Assembly (NCBI GenBank): GCA_021734165.1
Contig: JAIPJL010000004.1
Coordinates: 951 to 64,950, forward strand
From: a bacterium
GTDB lineage: Bacteria; Electryoneota; AABM5-125-24; Hatepunaeales; Hatepunaeaceae
Reading direction: 5' to 3'
Length of the DNA stretch: 64,000 bases
The translations under genes and the position numbers were made by a program. Shown in pieces: positions 56,025-64,000 of this stretch. The notes beneath the pieces were generated by a model. It was not told where the DNA came from and searched no databases. It was given only the letters and a program-made list of their open reading frames with translations. The stretch's first letter is position 1, and every line of letters starts with the position of its first letter.

Positions 56025-57104
56025 ATGCCTAACACACCGGTATGGGGGAACGAAGGTCCCTCTCAAAACAACGATCAGGATATTATTTCGGTAGAAGAGT
56101 CCGGATCGGTCATTAAGATCAATGACATCAACGCAGGTGCGGCAAGTGGCGACGACAAGATTGCATTGCACACCAAAAACAGCAGTACGGATACTGAAGC
56201 ACGGGCGTTTCGAGCTGAGGGTAAATCCGACTTTCTTGGAATAGTCGGAGTATTCGGCAATCTCATTGTTGAAGACGATGTTGACGTGTCCAACAAGGGT
56301 TGCGTCAAGATCAACGACGTCAACGACGGCAACGACGACAAGATCGCGTTGCACACAAAGAATAGCAGCACCGATGCAGACGCGCGAGCGCTGATGGTTG
56401 AAGGAAAAACTGAGATTACAGGTGATACTGCAATAACGGGAGACGTATCAGTTGACGGTGAAATTAATTCGGGTGGAACAGAAGTTGCTCCCGAAGACCT
56501 GAAAATTGGAACAGGTGTAGGCACTGATGAAGTTATAATTGCTGGCGAGAACAAGCTGACAACTACCCAAGGCGCTTTAAAGATTGGTCGCGATATTGCC
56601 GGTTTACATGGCAGGAGCAAGATCGATTCATATACTCCTGAAGGTCACGGGTGGACGGGGCATCTAAAAATCGGAACTGAGGAGACAACAGATAATGTAA
56701 TAATTTCCCGTTCCGCGGAAAATATCCGTACACATATAATAAGCGATTTAGTCGTTGGCGATTCTGAGGGTGAAGGTGATGGTAAAATTGACGGTGAAGA
56801 AGATCTCTACATTGGTACGTTGAGAACTGATGATGTAATTATCTCAAAAGCAAATCAGACTACCAAGGTTCAGGGCGCTCTGCATGTAAATCAAAACGCG
56901 GATTTCGACGGGACGTTACAGGTTGATGGAGTCACTGACCTTGATAATACGGTGAATCTTAATGATAATACTATCTATTTGGATTCGAATCAGCTTTTTG
57001 GGATTGTTTACAATCCAGTTGGTCAGAATCCCGGTTTTCCGTCCCTTGATTTCATAATCAACGGTGTTGTAACTGCTTACGTTGATTCGCAAGGTCCTCA
57101 TTAA
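56025..57104 (+). CDS. Beta-rich repeat protein, fibre-like, no signal peptide
   Basis: Duplicated KIND.N...DDKIALHTKNSSTD..ARA unit and three L.IGT..TD.VII repeats; GGAGG RBS. Confidence 0.65.
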   Translation: MPNTPVWGNEGPSQNNDQDIISVEESGSVIKINDINAGAASGDDKIALHTKNSSTDTEARAFRAEGKSDFLGIVGVFGNLIVEDDVDVSNKGCVKINDVNDGNDDKIALHTKNSSTDADARALMVEGKTEITGDTAITGDVSVDGEINSGGTEVAPEDLKIGTGVGTDEVIIAGENKLTTTQGALKIGRDIAGLHGRSKIDSYTPEGHGWTGHLKIGTEETTDNVIISRSAENIRTHIISDLVVGDSEGEGDGKIDGEEDLYIGTLRTDDVIISKANQTTKVQGALHVNQNADFDGTLQVDGVTDLDNTVNLNDNTIYLDSNQLFGIVYNPVGQNPGFPSLDFIINGVVTAYVDSQGPH

Positions 57105-57140
57105 TAATAATTTGAAAGGAGATTAAAATCTAAATGAAAC

Positions 57141-57207
57141 TCCAGCAGACACTGATAAGTGAACCTTGACGGGAGGGCGTTAGAGCGCCCCCCCGCCGTC
57201 TGCTGGA
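57141..57207. other. Long stem-loop of unknown function
   Basis: TCCAGCAGAC / GTCTGCTGGA outer stem with inner GGAGGGCG / CGCCCCCC hairpin; no U-tract. Confidence 0.5.
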
Positions 57208-57381
57208 ACCTTAAGAAGATCCCAGTTCGCATTCTTAATTAAACATCTATCGGCTTGAAAAACAAGCGTTTAATGATGTAATTTGCTGTAAATTTAAAAA
57301 CATTAGCCGAATATCGATTAGTCGATTTCATCTTCATTATATTTTGCAAGTGGGATTTTCCAAGGGACGCTATACACATAA

Positions 57382-57436
57382 AACGCCGAGGCGTCAGGTT
57401 AAATAATATAATCTGACACACTCGGCGTTGTTTTTT
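57382..57436. terminator. Hairpin terminator downstream of the Glt-like operon
   Basis: AACGCCGAG...GTCAG / CTGAC...CTCGGCGTT with an A run on the left and a T run on the right. Confidence 0.65.
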
Positions 57437-57485
57437 ACACTATGATAAATCCCGATCAGGATCTATCGAATATTTCCCAATCAGA

Positions 57486-59075
57486 CTAACCCTTCAGTAT
57501 CTCGTCAACTTCTTCCTTGTCAACATCCATCAGATAACGGATACCGCTAATGTCGGCTGCTTCATGGGTTATCGCAGCGATGTCACCACGGGTAATGTGC
57601 TTCATGGCGAATTTTCTATTTCCAGCCATCATTTGACGTAATCCCTGGGCTAACCTCTCATAGTAGGTGTAAAGACCGAGAGCGCCTGTAGGTAGCTTTT
57701 CAAATGCTTTATTTCCAAGCTTTTCACGAAGGTCGCCTGATGTTACAAAGATTTCATCCTTTGTTTGACCAAATCGTTCTACGTAAACCGGTAATTCTCC
57801 ACCATCAATTGCTTTACCGATTGTCTTGCCAACCATAGTCGCCGCAATGGGACCTCTTGCCATTCCAATCAGTTTGACATAAGGAGCGCCAAGCGCTAAG
57901 CCCTTATAAATCTGATCTTCAAAGGTGAAACCTCCAGCTAATGTCAACGCTGGGATTTTCATTCCTCTTTTTTCGAGACGTTTTGCATACTGATAGAGCA
58001 GGGAATGTAATTCAACTGTCGGCATGCCCCATTCGTTCATCATCCGCCAGGGACTCATACCTGTACCGCCACCTGCACCGTCAACTGTAAGCAAGTCGAT
58101 GTTGTATTTCGAGGCAAACAGAATTGCTCTCGCAAGGTCTGCCGGTCTGTAAGCGCCTGTTTTCAAGAATACATATTTTGCGCCGGCTTTGCGTAATTCT
58201 TCAACACGTGAAGCGAAACCTTCTTCAGTGACCATACCTACGCGTGAATGACGCTCGAATTCGGTAAATGAACCGCGTTCAAATGCTTTGATGACTGCCT
58301 TATCTGTCGGATTAGGCAGAACAACATAGCCACGTTCATAAAGAAGCTGAGCTTTTTTCAGGCTCTTAATCTTGACTTCACCGCCGATGTCTTTTGCTCC
58401 CTGTCCCCATTTCAGCTCAACGATTTCTACGCCGAGGTTATTGATCGCATATTCCTGAACTCCGAGGCGAGTGTCTTCGACATTAGCCTGAACAATGGTT
58501 GCTCCCCAGCCGTCAATCTGGTTGTCCTGGAAAAGTTTTACTCTTCGCTTAAGATCAACTGTGTCAATTACTCGACCTTTTTTAATAACAGCTTCCGGAT
58601 CCATTCCTGCGACGTTCTCTCCAATGGTAAGGCCTGTGCCGGCAAGAGCGGTACCAATTGCTAATCCATCCCAGTTGTTCTTGGCTACGTCTGTTGATCC
58701 AATACCTGGGATGATCCATGGGAGTTTGAATTTTATTCCGTTGTCAAATCCAAAATGAACTTCAAGATCAACATTAGGAAAAATAGCTTTATCGCTATCA
58801 GCTTCTATTCCGACAGCGCCGACTGCGGTTCCCATAATGTTGAAATGCGAATAATCGACCGGGTAGTTTTTCTCCGATGCAGTGGTTATGACGCCAAAAG
58901 GCTGAGGGTAAATTACTTCATGTCCCCTGTATGCCGATTTACCAATTTCGCACATTCCTACACAGCCATCAACACAGGTTACACACATTCCTGAAATAGG
59001 TGTAATTGATCCGTCAGTCCTGTTTTTTGATAATGTTGCTGCTGAACGGTTTACTGATGAAAATGTACCTGACAT
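57486..59075 (-). CDS. FMN-binding glutamate-synthase-related protein (synthase domain only)
   Basis: ELKWGQGAK.IGGE, LKTG, VDGAGGGTG, LAGG...KGLALGA; N-terminal CVTCVDGCVGMC; no amidotransferase domain and no Cys triad after LALGA. Confidence 0.8.
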   Translation of the reverse strand: MSGTFSSVNRSAATLSKNRTDGSITPISGMCVTCVDGCVGMCEIGKSAYRGHEVIYPQPFGVITTASEKNYPVDYSHFNIMGTAVGAVGIEADSDKAIFPNVDLEVHFGFDNGIKFKLPWIIPGIGSTDVAKNNWDGLAIGTALAGTGLTIGENVAGMDPEAVIKKGRVIDTVDLKRRVKLFQDNQIDGWGATIVQANVEDTRLGVQEYAINNLGVEIVELKWGQGAKDIGGEVKIKSLKKAQLLYERGYVVLPNPTDKAVIKAFERGSFTEFERHSRVGMVTEEGFASRVEELRKAGAKYVFLKTGAYRPADLARAILFASKYNIDLLTVDGAGGGTGMSPWRMMNEWGMPTVELHSLLYQYAKRLEKRGMKIPALTLAGGFTFEDQIYKGLALGAPYVKLIGMARGPIAATMVGKTIGKAIDGGELPVYVERFGQTKDEIFVTSGDLREKLGNKAFEKLPTGALGLYTYYERLAQGLRQMMAGNRKFAMKHITRGDIAAITHEAADISGIRYLMDVDKEEVDEILKG

Positions 59076-59103
59076 TTATTACTCCTTTTATTCCTTTTAT
59101 TAT

Positions 59104-59781
59104 CTAATCTTCTTTGATTTCACATGCTACACAGGGATCCATGTAACACATCATATCATGAAACTGATCCTTATCAACACAGGGTGGACTTAAATTCAGA
59201 CATCCACCACAGATTGCCTTGTCCGGCTCAGTGAAAGTACACCTTAACTGACAAGCGGGGCAGACATAAATGCAACCTCCGCAGAGGCGGCATACTTCCG
59301 ATTTTATGTCAAACGGTGTGCCAATACTCCGATTCTGACCGCGTCCCCGAAACCCGATTGCGCCCGCCATCATCTGCTCTTTACACATCCTAACACAAAG
59401 TCCGCATAGAATGCAATCTTCATGCTCTTGACGGAAACGCTGCTGCGTGACATGAAGTTTAGAGGCTATGTCCTGAATAGTTTTTGATTGTGGGCAAGAG
59501 GCGAGTAATAACTCAACAATCATCCTACGGGCTTTAAGGACACGTTCAGATGCCGTGCGCACTACAAGTCCTTCCTCGGCTGGATATGTACAAGATGTAA
59601 CTAATTTTGTACGGTCTCCGGTTCCGATTTCCACAACACACAACCTGCAAGCGCCGTAGGGCGTAAGTCCTTCCATGTGGCAGAGTGTTGGAATCGGGAA
59701 ACCAACAGACTGGGCAGCTTCAAGAATTGTTGTTCCCTTTTCAACGGAAACGTTTAATCCATTTATTTTAAGTTTGATCAT
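59104..59781 (-). CDS. NuoG/HydA N-terminal-like Fe-S subunit with Cys-rich tail
   Basis: IPTLCH...GACRLCVVE...SC; CILCGLCVRMC; CRLCGGCIYVCP; eight further Cys; GGAG RBS before ATG 59781. Confidence 0.85.
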   Translation of the reverse strand: MIKLKINGLNVSVEKGTTILEAAQSVGFPIPTLCHMEGLTPYGACRLCVVEIGTGDRTKLVTSCTYPAEEGLVVRTASERVLKARRMIVELLLASCPQSKTIQDIASKLHVTQQRFRQEHEDCILCGLCVRMCKEQMMAGAIGFRGRGQNRSIGTPFDIKSEVCRLCGGCIYVCPACQLRCTFTEPDKAICGGCLNLSPPCVDKDQFHDMMCYMDPCVACEIKED

Positions 59782-59785
59782 TATG

Positions 59786-62700
59786 CTACTCCGACTTCGT
59801 TTTGGTGAATTCAAGGTCGCATCTCAGACACCGTATCGCTTCATGCTCTGCATCCGCATCAGACATTGCTCTTTCCACTTCAACAAAGCTCTTAGTGCGT
59901 CTTTTAATTGGAAGACGTGGTATATCAACACGCTCAATATCACTCTGTTCTTCTTCGCTTATTTGAATTGGCTCAATGTAAATACTCGGAAGTTTAGGTT
60001 GCTCGATTTTTCTGAGTTCCTCACCATGGATGTATCGGTCTATCATTTTAGCTGCTTTCTTGCCGTCAGCGATTGCAGCAATAACCGTATTAGGTCCGGT
60101 AACAACATCACCTCCAGCGAAAACTCCGGGACGACTACATTCAAGAGTATTTTCGTTTACATTGAGTGTATTCCATGCAGTAATTTCTAAACCACCTTCG
60201 ATATCTTGCTTAATGGAGTTGACGTCCGGCTGTTCGCTAATAGCAATAATCAGAGTATCAATTGGAAGTTCGAAATTTGAATCCTCTATCGGGATAGGTC
60301 TGCGACGACCACTTGTATCCATTTTACCTAACAGGTTGCGCTGAAACTCAACACCTGCTATATGACCGGCTTCTGTTGTTATCTTGATAGGCGTGACCAG
60401 AGTTTCTAACTTGATCCCTTCCTGAATTGCAGCTTCGATTTCCTCTTCAAATGCAGGCATTTCTTCCTGTGTACGACGATATAGAAGCGTAACACTCTCC
60501 ACACCTTCCTGTCGAAGAGCGGTTCTTGCGGCGTCCACTGCCGAGTTACCTCCACCTATTACGCCTACCTTGCCTTTAGCGAGCTGCTTGCCTTCCTGAT
60601 TAAACACCTTAAGAAATTCAATGGATGGAAACACGCCATCTGCATCCTCACCTTCTAGTTCAAGCTGTCTTCCCTTCTGGGCTCCTACAGCAACGAAAAC
60701 AGCTTTATATCCATCCTCAAACAAGCTATTTACAGTAAAGTCAGTTCCTAAGGTACTATTACACTTTAAAGTAATGTTTTCGTCTAACAGCGAATTAATC
60801 TCTTTAGTCAACACTTCTTTTGGTAACCTATAGGCGGGAATACAACTAAACAGCATTCCACCCGGTTTAGAGTCCATCTCAAAGACAGTAACCGGGTATC
60901 CCATAAGCGATAAGTAATGTGCTGCTGTTAATCCACCGGGTCCCGCGCCAACAACTGCAATTTTTGCTGTTTGTTTTTCTGAGGAACGCCTTGGTTTATA
61001 GACAGAAGGCTCTACGTTATCGGTTACGAACCGTTTGAGAGCCCTGATAGCAACCGGACGATCACCGGATTGCCCCAGACGACATCTCGATTCGCACTTA
61101 TGATCGCAAACCCTTGCGCAGATTGATGGGAAGGGATTCTCTTCACGTATTGCAATATAAGCCTCTTCGTACTCACCGCGGGAGATATGCGCAATATAGC
61201 GCCAGGCTTGAGTATCAATAGGACAGGCAGATTGACAGGGAGCGCCGACTAATTCTTTACACACTCCCGCTCTACAACGCTTATCAATGATATGCTCAAG
61301 ATATTCGTTTCTGAAATATTTAAGTGTAGAAAGAACCGGATTAGGCGCTGTTTGACCTAAACCACACATTGTCGTATCTGCAACAACATGTGCAAGTTCT
61401 TCGAGTAGGTCTAAATGTTCAAGTGTTCCGCGTCCTTCTGTGATATCCTCAAGTAATTCGTACATCCTCTGAGTTCCTTTACGGCAGGTATAGCACTTAC
61501 CGCAGGATTCATCCTTCAGGAAGTTCATATAGTACTTGGCGATATCGACCATGCAAGTATTATCATCCATTACGATCATACCACCGGAGCCCATGATGGA
61601 TCCGGCTTTTGCAAGGCTGTCATAGTCGATTGGAAGATCGAACATGCTTACGGGGATACACCCACCGGAAGGACCGCCTGTCTGAACAGCTTTGATTTTG
61701 GCTTTGCCGATTGATCCGCCGCCAATATCAAAGACAATCTCACCAATAGTGGCGCCCATTGGCACTTCTACGAGACCGGTATTTTTAACCTTGCCGACAA
61801 GACTGAATATCTTTGTGCCGGAATTTCCTTTTGTTCCGACTTGTGCGAATTCTTTGGCGCCAAGCTTGATTATTTCGGTGATATTCGCCCATGTTTCGAC
61901 GTTATTAATGACAGTTGGTTTACCGTCAACTCCTTTATCAGTGGGAAATGGTGGACGCTGACGAGGTTCGCCCATTTTGCCTTCAATGGATCTTATCAGG
62001 GCGGTTTCCTCACCACAAACAAAAGCTCCGGCTCCCTTTATTACATCAATATCAAAGGCGAAACCTGTTCCAAGAATATCTTCGCCTAAAAGATTAAGTT
62101 CTCGTGCCTGCCTCAATGCTATAAGCAGGTGTTTAATGGCAAGTGGATACTCGTGACGAACATAAACTACACCATTAGTTGCGCCTGTTGCATAAGCGCC
62201 GATAATCATACCTTCAATTATACTGTGAGGATTTCCTTCAAGGACACTCCGATCCATATAAGCTCCTGGGTCGCCTTCATCAGCATTACAGATTAGGAAT
62301 TTACCGCTTCCGCTCTTTTTTGCAGCCAACATTTCCCACTTGAGTCCCGTGAGGAATCCTGCCCCGCCTCGACCTCGCAATCCGGAAGCTTTGACTTCTT
62401 CCACAACCCATTTTGGTTTACCTCGTTCCAAAATTTTAGCAAGTCCTTGATAACCTCCAGATTCTATGTAGTTATAAATCCGAATGGGGTCAACTTTCTC
62501 GCTACGTGAAATGATTGTGCGAACCTGTTGTTTGAAAAAAGGTATATCTTGCTGCAACTCAATTGTATCACCTGTACCAAGTTCTTTCCACAGCAATTCC
62601 TCAACTACAGTATCCCTAAGAACGGCATCAATAATTTTGGGAATGTCTTTCGGATTAACTTTCGGATAAAACGTACCGCGAGGTTCGATTAAAAGAGATG

Positions 62701-62926
62701 GTTCCATCTCACAGAATCCGTGGCAGCCAGTTATTCGGAGGTTAATTTTATCAGTTAATGCCCTTGAAAGTAATTCTCTTTTTGTGATGCGTATTAGGTC
62801 ATTTGCACCGCTTGCTTGTCCGCAAGTGCCTGCATTAATGATTATAGTGGGAATTCCAGCAGTACGGTTGGAATTAAGTTGGAGTCGAAGATTGTTAAAT
62901 TCATCAATTGATGTAAGTCTTCTCAT
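59786..62926 (-). CDS. NuoF/HydB-like FMN subunit fused to a GltD/NfnB-like FAD oxidoreductase
   Basis: Thioredoxin-like N-terminus, GLRGRGGAGF, NADEGDPG, FVCGEET, ESCGKCYTCR, PCQSACP, RVCDHKCESRC, VGAGPGG, IGGGNSAVD, GGDVVTG, CLRCD. Confidence 0.92.
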   Translation of the reverse strand: MRRLTSIDEFNNLRLQLNSNRTAGIPTIIINAGTCGQASGANDLIRITKRELLSRALTDKINLRITGCHGFCEMEPSLLIEPRGTFYPKVNPKDIPKIIDAVLRDTVVEELLWKELGTGDTIELQQDIPFFKQQVRTIISRSEKVDPIRIYNYIESGGYQGLAKILERGKPKWVVEEVKASGLRGRGGAGFLTGLKWEMLAAKKSGSGKFLICNADEGDPGAYMDRSVLEGNPHSIIEGMIIGAYATGATNGVVYVRHEYPLAIKHLLIALRQARELNLLGEDILGTGFAFDIDVIKGAGAFVCGEETALIRSIEGKMGEPRQRPPFPTDKGVDGKPTVINNVETWANITEIIKLGAKEFAQVGTKGNSGTKIFSLVGKVKNTGLVEVPMGATIGEIVFDIGGGSIGKAKIKAVQTGGPSGGCIPVSMFDLPIDYDSLAKAGSIMGSGGMIVMDDNTCMVDIAKYYMNFLKDESCGKCYTCRKGTQRMYELLEDITEGRGTLEHLDLLEELAHVVADTTMCGLGQTAPNPVLSTLKYFRNEYLEHIIDKRCRAGVCKELVGAPCQSACPIDTQAWRYIAHISRGEYEEAYIAIREENPFPSICARVCDHKCESRCRLGQSGDRPVAIRALKRFVTDNVEPSVYKPRRSSEKQTAKIAVVGAGPGGLTAAHYLSLMGYPVTVFEMDSKPGGMLFSCIPAYRLPKEVLTKEINSLLDENITLKCNSTLGTDFTVNSLFEDGYKAVFVAVGAQKGRQLELEGEDADGVFPSIEFLKVFNQEGKQLAKGKVGVIGGGNSAVDAARTALRQEGVESVTLLYRRTQEEMPAFEEEIEAAIQEGIKLETLVTPIKITTEAGHIAGVEFQRNLLGKMDTSGRRRPIPIEDSNFELPIDTLIIAISEQPDVNSIKQDIEGGLEITAWNTLNVNENTLECSRPGVFAGGDVVTGPNTVIAAIADGKKAAKMIDRYIHGEELRKIEQPKLPSIYIEPIQISEEEQSDIERVDIPRLPIKRRTKSFVEVERAMSDADAEHEAIRCLRCDLEFTKTKSE

Positions 62927-62984
62927 TGAAAATTTCCGTTGTTAATTCAATGTTAACATGATCGTTGTGTGTTTGAAAAGCGTG

Positions 62985-63833
62985 TTATACGTTTACACCG
63001 CTGAAATCCAGCAGATGTCCTTTACAGCCGTAACGAGAACATATCTGCAAGATTCCACCTCCTCTTACAATCATTGGAACCATCGGTGCTCCACATATTC
63101 CACACTCAGTTGCGCCTGTTAGTTCAGCATGGCAATGCGGGCAGAAAAAGTTAACGATTTCGTTTTCTGATGTTTCATATTCGGTTTTCGTGTTGTAGCT
63201 GCCGTAAAGGCTGGATAATCTTATACAGCCGTGCTTGCGCCCAAATGAGACAGTTACTCTGATCGAAGGCATGTCGTCAACCAAGTTTACTCGATCCATC
63301 AGATTATGGTTGCAATGCGCGCAACTGACCTCGACAGGGAAGATTCTTTCATCTGTTTTAACTTCAACTTTATCTAGTCCATCGCGTACTTCGCTTATTA
63401 TCTGTTTAACTCTTGATGTCCTAACATTGGAAAAATAATGTCCGTCAACTACAACAATCGGTCCCAGCGCACATGCTCCGAGACAGTTTACGGTCTCCAA
63501 TGTAAATTCATTGTCTTTGGTTGTTTCACCTGCTTTTATCCCTAATTGGCGTTCAAATTCCTCAGCAATTTTCGGAGCGCCCCTGACGTGGCAGGCAGTT
63601 CCGAGGCAGACAGAGCAGAGGTGCTTACCACGGGGTTTTAAACTAAAGGATTTGTAGAACGTCGCGACACCGTAAATGTCAACCAAAGAGCGATTCGTTT
63701 GTTCGGCGACAACCTTTAAAGCGTCTTCAGGGAGGTAGCTGTAACGGGCTTGAATCTCCTGCAGCATCCCGATGAGCCCCCCACGAATTTGATTGTATCT
63801 ATCTACAATATCCTGAATATCTGTATATTCCAT
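62985..63833 (-). CDS. NuoE/HydC-like [2Fe-2S] subunit with a C-terminal Cys-rich extension
   Basis: VATFY, VCLGTACHVRG, NCLGAC; extension with CAHC, CPHC, CGIC, CSRYGC. Confidence 0.9.
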   Translation of the reverse strand: MEYTDIQDIVDRYNQIRGGLIGMLQEIQARYSYLPEDALKVVAEQTNRSLVDIYGVATFYKSFSLKPRGKHLCSVCLGTACHVRGAPKIAEEFERQLGIKAGETTKDNEFTLETVNCLGACALGPIVVVDGHYFSNVRTSRVKQIISEVRDGLDKVEVKTDERIFPVEVSCAHCNHNLMDRVNLVDDMPSIRVTVSFGRKHGCIRLSSLYGSYNTKTEYETSENEIVNFFCPHCHAELTGATECGICGAPMVPMIVRGGGILQICSRYGCKGHLLDFSGVNV

Positions 63834-63958
63834 GCAGAGCCTCAGATTTCCTTATATTAGAGTAAAGTCGGAGCAAATATACTCCGACAGTGACGTTTTG
63901 TCGGGTGCTCTCACCCGATATTTTAATTCTTTGTCACTGCTTCCAAAATAATCTTTTA

Positions 63959-63987
63959 AAGTTATAATGAAGCTGAAATCATGTCAA
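63959..63987 (-). promoter_or_regulatory. Putative sigma-70 promoter of the NuoEFG-Glt operon
   Basis: Minus strand TTGACA then TAACTT at 17 bp (or TATAAC at 15 bp). Confidence 0.5.
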
Positions 63988-64000
63988 GCAATACTTTGAT

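Noticed and set aside
57151-57165. CTGATAAG...GAA as a hammerhead core
   Set aside because: No stem II or GAAA/UH arrangement.
63129-63143. CPHCH in the NuoE extension as a heme c site
   Set aside because: The protein has no export signal; the motif fits one of several CxxC metal-binding pairs.

Overview
64 kb of chromosomal DNA from an anaerobic, probably proteolytic bacterium. An FCB-superphylum affiliation is inferred from nine proteins ending in a T9SS-type 'YPNPFN...VLVK' sorting tail; taxonomy is not provable from this window. I found no rRNA, tRNA, CRISPR array, integrase, transposase or reverse transcriptase. Layout: (1) 0-32 kb, a family of large secreted beta-helix/Ig proteins plus an M4-type protease, interleaved with housekeeping genes (endonuclease III-like, Zn-dehydrogenase, GNAT, eukaryote-type citrate synthase), three SAM methyltransferases and a heterodimeric ABC exporter; (2) 32-37 kb, anmK plus a GH20 hexosaminidase and an outer-membrane protein; (3) 37-53.5 kb, an orange-protein (ORP)-like operon and a convergent Hmc-like membrane redox operon, each with a correctly spaced sigma-54 promoter, followed by an OrpR-like PAS/sigma-54 activator; (4) 53.6-57.1 kb, an Ig-repeat lipoprotein behind a (TA)10 tract and a fibre-like repeat protein; (5) 57.5-63.8 kb, a NuoEFG/HydABC-like flavoprotein module fused to GltD and coupled to an atypical glutamate-synthase FMN subunit. 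Strongest unexplained signals: several palindromic REP/MITE-like families that occur both intergenically and inserted in frame inside four unrelated genes (one excises cleanly as a 129-bp TIR-bounded unit; others are nested and target the same loop of repeated Ig domains); the ORP-Hmc-OrpR sigma-54 island with an NrfD-hexaheme fusion; the bifurcating-type module wired to a Glt-like enzyme; and a methyltransferase gene bracketed by two synonymously diverged copies of a neighbour's 3' end. All family assignments come from motif recognition by eye, not database searches.
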